Assembly (NCBI RefSeq): GCF_000150275.1
Contig: NW_002060953.1
Span: 166,286-230,285 of the forward strand
From: Trichoplax adhaerens
Taxonomy: Eukaryota > Animalia > Placozoa
Length of the DNA: 64,000 nt
Direction of reading: 5' to 3'
Program-made: the position numbers and the translations under genes
The notes under the pieces: generated by a model
The model's input: the letters and a program-made list of their open reading frames with translations, nothing else
Database searches by the model: none
Told to the model about the DNA's origin: nothing
Part shown: positions 52,425-64,000 of the stretch, one piece after another
How positions within the stretch are numbered: the first letter of the stretch is position 1
Layout: each line of letters starts with the position of its first letter

Positions 52425-52860
52425 TTTACACTATACTGTACTATACTGCACACTGTACAGTACTGCATAATGATTGATGAGAAAGCTATCTATCACAAGA
52501 GATTTCATGATTGGAATATTGTACTGTACAGTGTACAGTACAGTAGCGCTACAGTATGCCTCTAAGTATTGTACACTGTACACTGTACAGGACTGTGCAG
52601 TACTGTTACTCAATCGTCAATACTCAGTGTACGGTACAGTATGGTATGTGAGTCACAATACAGTCCAGTAGCGTAGAGTACTCCTGCAATACAATACTGT
52701 ACCTTAAACATGGTCCTGTACTGTACACTCACTGTTGACTGTGATGTCTGTCAATGTAATCACATGATCAATTCTCGTTGGATAAGATAGCAACATAATC
52801 CACCAATCAGAATGCGTTAGGATGATCGTTAATTTTTTCAAATTTGAAAAATTTTTTACA
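52425..52860. promoter_or_regulatory. Putative bidirectional promoter between Suv4-20 (-) and Spo12-like (+): TACAG/CTGTA cloud, CCAAT, palindromic double CHR
   Basis: Flanked by outward-facing splice donors (minus-strand CAG|GTGAG near 52314; plus-strand CA|GTAAGT at 53265). ATTGG at 52510, CCAAT at 52803, TTCAAATTTGAA at 52837-52848. Confidence 0.55.
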
Positions 52861-53929
52861 CCTGCTTTTACACCAACACGCCTCTAGTACAGTACTGTAA
52901 CTTGGTATGTCTATGATATCGTAGCCGAGAAATTATAACTTTGACTATCGCTGTTCCGTTCCTTACTGTATGATCGCTTCGTAGCTCGGTAGGGACTACA
53001 GTAGTGTTATTATTTCATGAAATACATAGAGTAAACAGAACAGAATCGAATAAATTCGATCGTCTCAAAGCAGAAGATAGTTGAACATTTTAGATAACAC
53101 AATCGATACATTGTGATCATTGTTTAGTACCGTACGCCGCAGTAACGTCAACCAATATTCTGTCATCAACATTACTCTTCCCATTGCCGACCGTCAATAC
53201 GGAAAGAATTGAAACACAATTTGGTGCATCGATTTTCTTCAACTCTATTTGAAAGCAATTATCAGTAAGTATCTAGTAAGTTTTTAATGTTCGATTTACT
53301 CGATGAATGAATTAATTCTATATCGCATGGAGCGAACACTGCATAGTGTATTGTACAAGCACAACAAGTCTGTTCATAAAGTCGATGGATTAATTCGTAT
53401 TCTACAATCGAATTGATCAAAGTATACTTGATCCATCAGTGGTCAGTATTATTTTCAACAACTGGACGAGTAAACCTTCTGATCTTAATTGAACATTTAC
53501 ACAATTTAAACAATTTCCAATAAACCTGATCCCAACCTCAAATTGCTTTATTTCAACCCATTCACGACACTACGTTCAATTTTACTATACTTTTCATTGG
53601 TGCTACCGAAATATAGTTTGCATGAACTTTACTAAAATAGATTCAAGATTAGTCTCAGATTGTTTACAGCACTCCGGTCCACTGATGCTAGGATATACAT
53701 GTATTCTTATAGTGCATCTTCAGATACATTGCTTGCAAAGACAAGTAATATTTAAATTTCTTCCAGTGCTAGTAGTTATGATGTTGAACTAATGTGTCAG
53801 ATAGTAACCGTTGGAATTTGAAAACTTATTAAGATAAATTACTTTCCAACACTCTTTTCAATCCCTCTATACTGTACACATATGTATCTCTTATAGATCG
53901 AAACGAGAATAAATTGAAATCCAGAAATT

Positions 53930-55075
53930 ATGGCTGAAATTAAAGATACAAAACCCAGTGAGCCTATACCGCAAGAACCAAAGTACAACATTCCCGCAGA
54001 AATCAAAAGAATTCAATCCAGCAAAAATGCTGACAAGTGGTATGCATCAGTAAATTGACTATATATGAAAGATAGCATATGAACTGCTAATGTTGATGCA
54101 ACCCACGTATATGTATTATGTACGTATAAGTATATTCCAAAACACTTTGTTCTAATGGACTACTTATAAGTTGGCATTACAGTCACATTATCACGCCAGT
54201 AGCGTATTGCATTAATAAATCATTTCCTAAAAAGCAGTAAAGAATGATTGATATTTGACTATGTTAGGAACGCCAAATATTCGATACAAAAGCAGCTGGA
54301 TAAGATATAATATAGTTATATCAATGTGATTATCACTGATGATAGAATTCAAGCAGTATCATCGTGCGATATGTATCCCTTTGTAATTAACATTGGTGTT
54401 ACAAAAGTAGTCGCAAAAGAAATAGTAGTCATACTGAAGCTCTATTACGAATCTAGAAAACTATGTTGTGCTTACAAACTTTACTGTACTGTACAACTGT
54501 ATATACAAATCTAAAATTAGTTGCCTACGAATAAGTTAATCATTTATCGCTGTATTAACCGAGTTCTAATCCAGTACAGTAGAACATTATCATTTCCTAG
54601 TATAATGCTGTCGGATCCCCTACCATGGATTATCACATTGAATGTAATTGCAAAGTACATTCTACATGTATTGGCAGACAGTAAATGTGAGAATTAATCT
54701 TCCTTATTATTGAAATTAGGGGATGCCTAAGCCCAACCGACAATATGATGTCACCTTGTTCTCAAAAGCTTATGTCGCGGAGAAAAGTTGCCATGCCTTT
54801 GTAAGCGTAGCACATTACTGAAATAGATTATGCCAGACTATATTGGATGCGAGTTTCATCTAGAACTGTGCTCGTCCAGTATTAGCATGTTTTATTGCAA
54901 TTATCTGGAATAAAATCCTTATGTATTAATTTGCTGATATTAATATTGAAATTAATATTTTGACGAAATTAGGAGCAAACGTGCTGCATTCCTAAGCAGT
55001 GCTCTAAAATATGAGCAGAGAAAGAAAGAGCTACAGCCTACCAATGAAACAGGGAAAGAAAATAATAATCAGTAG
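53930..55075 (+). CDS. Small Spo12-family-like protein, 3 coding exons, 97 aa, with a C-terminal KEN box
   Basis: Exons 53930-54039, 54720-54800, 54973-55075 (both introns phase 2, GT-AG). Protein: MAEIKDTKPSEPIPQEPKYNIPAEIKRIQSSKNADKWGCLSPTDNMMSPCSQKLMSRRKVAMPLSKRAAFLSSALKYEQRKKELQPTNETGKENNNQ*. SPTD-x3-SPCS-x-KL is the Spo12 signature. A likely 5'-UTR intron spans 53265-53896. Confidence 0.78.
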
Positions 55076-58000
55076 CTTATTCGTTCTACGTATTCCCTGG
55101 ATAAACTTAATTAACGTTTTTTCAGGCATCGCTTTAAAATTATTTTGAAATATCTGTTGAATCAATTTAAGTAATGTACAAAACAATCTACGGACTAGAA
55201 CGCGTATTTCCTGTACATTTGTCTTAAATAGTGCGGTTATATCGTAGTAAAGTTAACTCATAATAACACCATTAAAATAACGTTTGTTCGACCACTTTAC
55301 ATCCCTGCTATTTCTGTTTAACTTAAATGCACAAAATGAATAATAACGTACAATCTAGTGTGTATTTATGTATACTATCGCAATATTATATATTAATTAC
55401 TACGAATATGTAAGTATCATAATTCGTTAGAATTAAAGTCTACATGTAAATTAATTTCAAATTGATAAGAAATCCATTAATTTTACTTAGCTCAGGAAGA
55501 GCGGGAATCATTAAAAACAATTGTTAAGGTATTTTCTTTGCTTACTGTATGACCTCTTCAGAATAAAAATCATGCATGAATTTTGCTATAGATAGGATAG
55601 CAATTTTAGACCTATGAGATACAAAGTTGAGTAGCTGCAGTAAAAAATTACAAAAACCTGCGAAGTAAGATACAAATGAATAATAAATATCATCATTATC
55701 GGACAATATCCAATGATAATTATATCAGCATATGAGTATGTTGGCTTCTTTTGTATACTGAAATTACTTTCATGAAAGCATTTATAAGGAAATGAGGAAT
55801 TTAAGGAATATACGGTTGAATCGATTCTGTAAATTACTATAAGACAGCATACCCTGTCCAGATTAAACCATTTACGTGCAAAGAGCAATTTGCTTAAATT
55901 AAACAGGCATGGCAACGAAAGGTCAATAATACTTCATAATACTGCGATTGCGGAAAATAACGACTTTAAGTTAACGTCATTGTTAAAACGTAATTTGAAA
56001 ATAATGAAATCTTCACTCCACGTACAGCTAATTCCTGTGGCATTTAATTCCTGTTTCACTCCACAAAAGATACCTGTTACATAATTACATTAATTTATTT
56101 TACGTAAATTTTCTGTGAAGAAATTTCGATCGGAATCGTAATAAATCAAAAAAAGTATTTAATAAATAAATGTACGCGTGTATTAAAAATATTAAAAATA
56201 CTTTCATTGTCTCTATCAGAAAATTTAAGTTGATCGCCAACATTCGCTGACATGAAGCCATACTACTGTAGTATGCATTATTGCGATTGACTGTTAAAAT
56301 CGAAGCAGCTGCAATGATTATAATTGCAATTTACAATAAAAATAAAAAAATTGAAATTTGCAGAGTATCGAAACCTATCTATCAATAACGACAATTTTAT
56401 ACTGTTGTTAGAATTCATCGCGAAAAAGTAGGCGTGGATTGCAAAATAGATTGAAATTGTTCCGTAGTTTTATGACAAATACTCAATACTTTTCATCTTT
56501 TCCGATTTACTATCATCTAACAAACATCAACTGCCATCACAATCACGATAGCTTCTGAGAAAGCAAACTTCAGTTAATGAGCATTTCTCTTCAATGTCCG
56601 ATGTCTTTATCAAGAGCTCATATGAAGTGAAAAAGATGATGTTCAACTTTCTTATCGAAATGAGTTTCACGCAGAAAAAATAAATTAATTAATAGCTAAA
56701 CATAGTTGATATATCAACTGAAGCTATTGTTTTCATATAGTCAATTCCACGAAATGCGGAAAAAGTTTCATCACAATACTCAAAAATTTGGAATTATAAT
56801 CACGGTCGTTATCTATTCAAGTTGAATGAATATCGATTAATGAAGGATTTATTTTACGTATTTAATAATAACTCTATTGCACCCAAGAATTTCACTATCT
56901 AAGATATTGTTGAAAAGGTAAGGCAGATGTTGATGGCTATGTATAATACGTGTAAAATTAAGGGGTAGCATTCTGTCTATGGCTATACTAAGGCGTAAAC
57001 AGCCATATTGCAAGAACGTGTAGCAACATAATAAAATATTTCATGTTGCAAATAAAATACTATAAAAATTAGATAAATACATAGTTATTTAATATTATAA
57101 TTATCAGTAGAGCATTTGCAATGCTTTCCAGATTTAAAATTATAATTATAATTCAAAAATTAACGAAGATTGATAAGTATCATCGACTGAAAGCAAAACT
57201 TAGATACTCTGTAATTCTTTAGTTGGAATCTATAATAAATTATAGGTGACACAGCTTATACACCAATGTCATAATTTCAAGTCTGCGACAAGGAAACGTA
57301 GAGTAAAAGTCTATAAGTAACTACTGACTGAAACGCCCTTTTACTAAACGTTAAACACACATAGCGAAGTACCGTAAAGATAGAACTTTTATTAACGTAG
57401 ACACATCTATAATTTTTCACCACACAACTCAACTCAAACATTCCCGTTTATGTAGCAACCGTCTAATTTGTAAACTACAACAGTGTTATTATTATACCTT
57501 GCTAGGAGAGACATCTCGAATCTCGAATTGAGACGTTGCTTACACAGCTTTGCTATCCGTAAATATTTTTAATCTCTTATTCATACTTAATCTTAATCTA
57601 AGCATTTATGTTGTCTAATTCAACTATCAATAGCTAGAACTTGAATTATCTTCTACTATCTACCTATAATAACAGTTAATATAAAATATGTAATAGCCTA
57701 TCATAAATAGTATCCACGTTAAGGCCTTACTTATCTTACCTAGCACTACAAATACAGATACTAAATAAAGCTTACATCGTCTTTTTACATTATTTGTAAT
57801 TATTAGGTACTACCTTGACTTACTGAATGGATAAGCGAGAGTAAGAGTAATTTACGACCCTCGATTTGCCATAATAACTAAGTTTCTCAAACTCCATCAA
57901 TTTTATTTCTTTAAATACAACAATGCATTCTAATAATTAAAAATAGAATACAGCAAGAGTTCGAAGCCTATCTCTACGTACATACTAATGCTTTAAGATG

Positions 58001-61000
58001 CAATTTTAACAATAGCTACTATACGTAAGTTGTTTAAATGAATTCAGAAAAGCCCAATTGATAAATCGATAACTTTATTCCGAAGGATTAGCTAAACTAG
58101 AGTTAACTCCTGAAATTTGAATGCTAGCCTAAATTGCATTTCTTTACAATGCGGGTCACACTTGTAAGATTGATTTACTTGTTCAGCATAAAGCATTAAA
58201 TTCATGACGTAAAATATAGTACATTTCGATTCTTAAAATTAAAACTTACAAAATGTATGAATTTCTCCTAAACTTAAAATATCATACAGTTTTTCTGTAA
58301 TCCCAAAAACAAGTGCTATATATAATCTTCTGGCCCTAAATGCTAGCATTAAAAATTTCAAAATATTATCATTACAGAAATTATTTCAATTTTCACGTAG
58401 AAATCAATGAATAAAGTCAAATTAATATAGAAAATGGATAAGAGCTATATAAGTACTGGATAAATATTGATAAAACGTTCATTATATTAATGAAGGAGGA
58501 GGCTATTAGCTATAATTACGACCCAAGACATAGAATAAGTGTTCACGGAAAAATACTTTCAGGCAACACTCTATAACTTTCATGATTACTCGTATTGACA
58601 ATCAATAAAATTAACAAAGGATGGCATTGTTACTAGATAGATACTGGCAAAAGTAAAAAGATGAACACTTTAAAATGTTTTCACAATCATGACGTATCAC
58701 AAATTATATCCTATATTGCCTTTTAATACGTATTTCAGCTACAACCGAAAGTAGTTAAGGCATTATTAAATTCAATAAAGATAATCTGAATGCATCGAAC
58801 TAATTTATTTAGAGATAGAAATAAACAATAATTTTAAGTATTATTTGCAACCCAAAGGTAAAAAATGCAATACTAGCACTTCAAGTCGAACGGGATATAT
58901 TCTAGAGCTCAATAAGTTGCCATCTCGTAAACAATTATGATTTACTTTCTATACTTTCAATTGCTTACAATGGATTTGTAAACGATCCAAGTAAAACATT
59001 TAATTCTATATAAATTGTATAGAGCAGAGATTAATGCATTCCGCTATGAAAAAAGCATTTTTTATCTAATTTCCCCAGATGTAAAACATCATTTCTGCAC
59101 CAATATGGCGGTAAATTATTGAAATAAAAAGTCCACAACCATGATTGAAAATATTTCAATAAAATATATCGCAAAATATTAAATACTCAATCAAAAATTA
59201 AAGTCTCTTAGCATATATAGCAATAACACTAATATTATAATAGAATTAGAAATGCCATCAATACATAAAGTGACGAGATACAATAGTGACGCCACATACA
59301 GCTAACTGAATGTCTACTTCCTGCCTATTTTATCCATATCCAATTAATATCCATGCGAGACGAAAAGATCTAGTTGAACAATTTCAACTAATGACGATCA
59401 TCCTTTAAAGGCAAAATTTATTTTGGCGATAGGCCAAACACAGTGCAATACGTTGGAATATAAAAATCGATGCTTTCTAATAACTACTACTCCCATTACG
59501 CACTGCAACTACACAATTCACACGAAAACGATATAATATTAGCCGTAAAATGAACAGATCGTAATAAAAATAGCAGCCTAGTGCAAATTACCGTGTATCT
59601 AGATTTAAAAATTTTACGGTTTAATTATTTTGACTTCGTTCTAATTTCATCTGATCATTAGCTAACTACATCAAGGCATAGATCAATTTATTTAATATAG
59701 ATGCCATTACACTTTGAAACATTTGTTTTACTTAATTCCATTCGATAATCTTAATAGAATAAACGTCATGGTAAATAGATCATTAGCAAAACTTAGAAGT
59801 ATACTTATCTTACATAAATAAATAATTTTAGAAGTAAGAACTTTAATTTTAATCACTAAAGTTATTCGTATTCTATTATTGAAAATAATACCATACCAGC
59901 TACAATCAATATAACGATAAATTAAATTTATATAAGCAATAAAAGAAAATTTTTTATAGTACAGAAAATATTTTAGTAAGTATTCAGTCAAACTATTGGA
60001 TTTTCTGTTAGAAGCGTCCATTGTTTAGGCTTATAATACTTTGTGAAGTTTTTAAGAAAGCAAAAGCAAACGTTCTTTATTTCATTCATTTAAGTAATAT
60101 AATGCTAAAACAGGTAATTGCAAACGATTGTATGCAAAAATTACTGGAAACTAAACAACGAGAATATTATCAAAACAAAAAGTATAATTAAATCTTAGAA
60201 GTATACGTCAGATAACTTTTGCTCAATGAAGAGACTACAGTATCTAATTAATATTGAATCTATAAAAAATACATCAAACAAAGGTATCCTAAAAGTACAA
60301 CTGACGTTCTATCTCAGACCAAAGTAATGACATTACTTTCAAGACAAGTGGATGCGTTTACAGACGATTATTCCGAAGATAACTATCCGGATTGATCATT
60401 TATAACAAAAAATTCAATACATGCAATTGAAAAGGAAAGAGTAATTACGAAATTAAAAGATTTAGTATTCACTCTTTCGATCTTGCGAATAAATTTCAAT
60501 ATGCAAATTAAGCTGCTTCTTTCACTTCTTTTCATATATCTGAGCTTTTTATCAAATACTGTTAATCATCGACTATATATGATAAATTATATTCCCATTT
60601 TAAATTCCCTCAAATGTCGTTAGTAAGTCAATATTTTAACATGATCTTTCCGAAACTATATCATCTTGTCTGCAAAGCCTATATTAGAGCGTTATATAGC
60701 GACTTGCGACGCACAGTAATCGTAGACCATTATTGAAAATTGTCAATTATTTATGTACTTGTATTGTACATTATAATACACTAAGTAAAAAATGTCTCAT
60801 TGCTGTATTTATCATCTAGTCTTCGATTTACTAGCATGGAAGGATGTTATGAACTAATATCGAAATATTGCATGATACTTAAAAAGCTTACTAAAAATTT
60901 GATTTCAGTAATATTGCACGAAATTTGTTGTTGATTTTAGCATTACTTTCATATTATTTAGATCATAAAACTCAACGTTTTTTATAAACTTATCCAAACC

Positions 61001-64000
61001 ATTGCGATTACTATTTGCATATGTATTAGGCGTTTGTTTGTAAGTCAATTTAACTTTAAGGAAGAAGTACGCATTGACTGTAGCTTTTGCGATGGCAATA
61101 CAATTAGAAGTTTGAACTACGTAGCGGATAAAATACTGAAAGGGCTATCGGGGCGTACGTAAATTTGTCATTTCTCTCATTCTATATTTTTATAAAGCAG
61201 GCCTAAAAATTATACTTGTACTATCAAAATTTGATCACGGAATTTATTCGTGCTTTTGCTGATATCTATACCTTTTGAATACTAGGGCATAATCTCAGCA
61301 GTTAAATATGTCATGCAAGCACTAAGCCACTATTTTCAAATAGTATAACAAAACGTATTTGAAATGAATTTTTCGTATCTTACCGAAAGTATACCTGACA
61401 TTACAAAATGCGTGATTCTGAAGCTAAGATCAATATATAATTACTATATACGAGCCTAGCTTTTCGGCTTTAACTAAAACAAGAAAGCAATTTATTACGG
61501 TTAGTTTATTTAAGGTTGTTGTTTTAGATTCAATTGAGCATTGTTAACACATTCAAGTATCGCACGACTGGAATAGGGTATCTTGTTGAGCAACTTGATT
61601 TTAACGAATAAAATTGCAAGGTCTACTTACTATATACTATTAAGAGAAAAATTATTTCTTAAACAATAACTATAGTTATGATAATAACATTCCAGCACCG
61701 ATACGCCTAATCGTGCAATATTTTTTTTAGTGATATTACTGTGGAGCATTTGCTTTATTAGAGTTAATTGGTAATGTTGACTGGTTTAGCTTTTTAATCA
61801 TACGTACTATAATGAAATAAAATAATAAAGATGGCCATGTTATAGAGTAACATAAAACTTCTATTCGTAGTTATTTCGATTCTCGAATTATAAATTATCA
61901 TTAACTACAATTTGTTCTACATCTCAGTCTATTATGTAACTTCGGTACTTAGGGCCAAGATTGGAAATGTATTTACCGTTTCTGTTTCCGAGTGCTAACG
62001 AAAAGCAGCCATTATATATTGCAACTAATATATATGCACTATAAGCAAATAACTGTCTATTAAATCAGTATTATAAAATTACGATAAGGATTGTCGAAAA
62101 TATAACGTACTTAATCTAAATGCTTACGTTTACCCTTAGCACTGAGATAATATAATATGAAAGCAAAAATGTGGAAACAAATTAATTAAGCCGTAATATC
62201 AACAATTTTATATTAATATTATAGACACAATACTATCGTTATAGTAGTATTCGTGAGCATAGAATAGGAAAATTCTCCTTTATAACGTACAAAGTAAACC
62301 ATAACTAATAGATTTAATAGACTTTTAGATATTATTTTGTTTATATGTGAAATAATAAATTAAACAGAAACATACTGTTACAGTGTTATACACTGTATTA
62401 CAGTAGAAATATCAATGTTAGGATAATTCTATTAGACTATCCTTATTTAGTTAACTTCTAATTTGGATATACTGTATTTTAATATAGCACTGACTTTTTA
62501 TGACAGTGACACTTATACACATACTGAAATTAATAGTTATAATAGGGAATGCAAATCATCTGCTTACAGTTCGAATCATTGTGATTGTAATTTACTTATG
62601 GTAGACTGTAAATTATCATGGAAATGTTCCGTGATAGGACAAATCGTAATCTGACTATTCTGTATTAGTCATTACATGTCTATGTTCGTAAATACTGTTG
62701 TCTGCATTAAGGGAGCAGTAGCTAAAATTAATATCTAATTCAGTAAATGATTCTAATGTTAATTGTATTAACTATGACTCATGAACTATTGAGGAATAGT
62801 ATATAAATGCAGTATATAGTGAAATAAAAAAGAATTGTCCAACTTAGTGTTTAACGTAAAATACGAGGCGTTTAAGTCTTTGTGTAGTCTGCTAGTAGAG
62901 CAAAAGTGTTTGTGATAGTGCAGATATCGTTCCTTGATACGTGGTTCAAGGAATTGACTTATTGATCGTATATTGCGTTATCTTGTTGCAAAGCTGTTTT
63001 GTGACACATACATATCAACATATATATTTATTACTATAATAATAACTATTTACCTATAATAATATTGTTCGTTAAGAATTGTAGTAATGCAACTATGGAT
63101 AACTTTACATTTCTATTCAAGAGTGCGGATTAAATAATTTGAATTATCAATTGTAATAATGTTTAGTCTGGACCGATATTTTAAATTAAGGTTATTTGTA
63201 GACTTCGCAATAATTTACTACAATATAAAAGTGAGTTTCAGAGTAAATTTATAGGATTCGCAATAATTAAATTTAATATTATTTAATCCCACACGTACTC
63301 TTTTATCGGTACAGAGAGAGTCAATTATAGAAATTGCCCTAACAGCATCCTATCCATACTATGCAAGCAAATTAATGTAACTATCATTATTTAAAAGATT
63401 ATTGTAGGCAAAAATATCACAAAGAACATTAATGAAACTTACCATAAATAAATTAATAATTTAAAAAAATGTATTCAAAGTTTTAGAAATATGATGAAAA
63501 TTATGAACGATAAACTTTACTATTTTGTTTCATTAAAATTTCGCTCATGCAATGCCCATACAACCTAAGAATTAAATTAAGGTTAAAGACCACCCTCCTG
63601 CATTAATTATCTAGATTTTGATGCGCTGAAAATAAAGTATTTTACCCGATGTATAAACTATAGCCTCTGTACATTGTATTATATTCCAGAAGGACCCTCA
63701 ATGCAAATCAGAAAGAGGAAGTTTTCGATAGTTTCTTAGCATTGCAATTTTTTATTAATTTTTTACTTTATTTCTAGATACCACACTTTATTAGACATTT
63801 CTAAGTAATTTGAGTTTTTACCTTCAGATACTGAAAAAAGGATAAACTGTTTCAAAATTGGAAATTATTATAATAATTCTAATAAAGAAAATTATAGTAA
63901 CTTTTACTAAGACTAGCAATATTCATTTTGTTTCACTTCAATTTTCTTTTAACTAAGAAAAGGAAGGAACCTGCTTTCAAAATGAAAACCTCCTATACAG

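Noticed and set aside
55586-62654. ORFs 55586-55915, 55890-56084, 59728-60021 and 62463-62654
   Set aside because: I/L/F/Y/K-biased translations typical of AT-rich non-coding DNA, with no motifs.
63822-63830. Minus-strand 9-nt microexon-like signal (ttttttcag|TATCTGAAG|gtaaaa) and a possible terminal exon near 59862-59899
   Set aside because: No recognisable protein or consistent exon chain; such signals arise by chance. RNA-seq would be needed.
1-64000. CRISPR arrays, rRNA, operons or prokaryotic defence systems
   Set aside because: The DNA is eukaryotic and spliced; I saw no repeat-spacer arrays or rRNA-like sequence.

Overview
AT-rich, intron-rich eukaryotic (animal) genomic DNA with short GT-AG introns and two assembly gaps. 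The compact introns, intronless class A GPCR paralogues and scarcity of transposons resemble a placozoan such as Trichoplax, but this is inference only. The ORF track misses most genes because they are spliced, so I rebuilt them by hand from splice sites with consistent intron phases. Genes in order: class A GPCR (+); EMC10 (+, 10 exons, with a partial second copy inside a ~5 kb near-identical duplication that is probably an uncollapsed haplotype); an atypical Ras-family GTPase (+, 4 exons); a second class A GPCR (-); two tandem ACC-synthase-like PLP enzymes (+, 16 exons each); SYCP3 (-, 7 exons); a compact Suv4-20/KMT5B H4K20 methyltransferase (-, 6 exons); and a 97-aa Spo12-like protein (+, 3 exons). 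Most notable: (1) an animal gene carrying the fungal Spo12/FEAR signature SPTD-x3-SPCS-x-KL plus a KEN box, behind a CCAAT + palindromic CHR promoter and close to SYCP3; (2) a 1-nt shift that gives only one ACCS paralogue a splice-dependent peroxisomal -SRL signal; (3) TACAG/CTGTA motif clouds upstream of the housekeeping and cell-cycle genes; (4) a polymorphic 140-bp insertion matching a site ~10 kb away, flanked by a 23-bp duplication. No gene could be supported in 55.1-64 kb.
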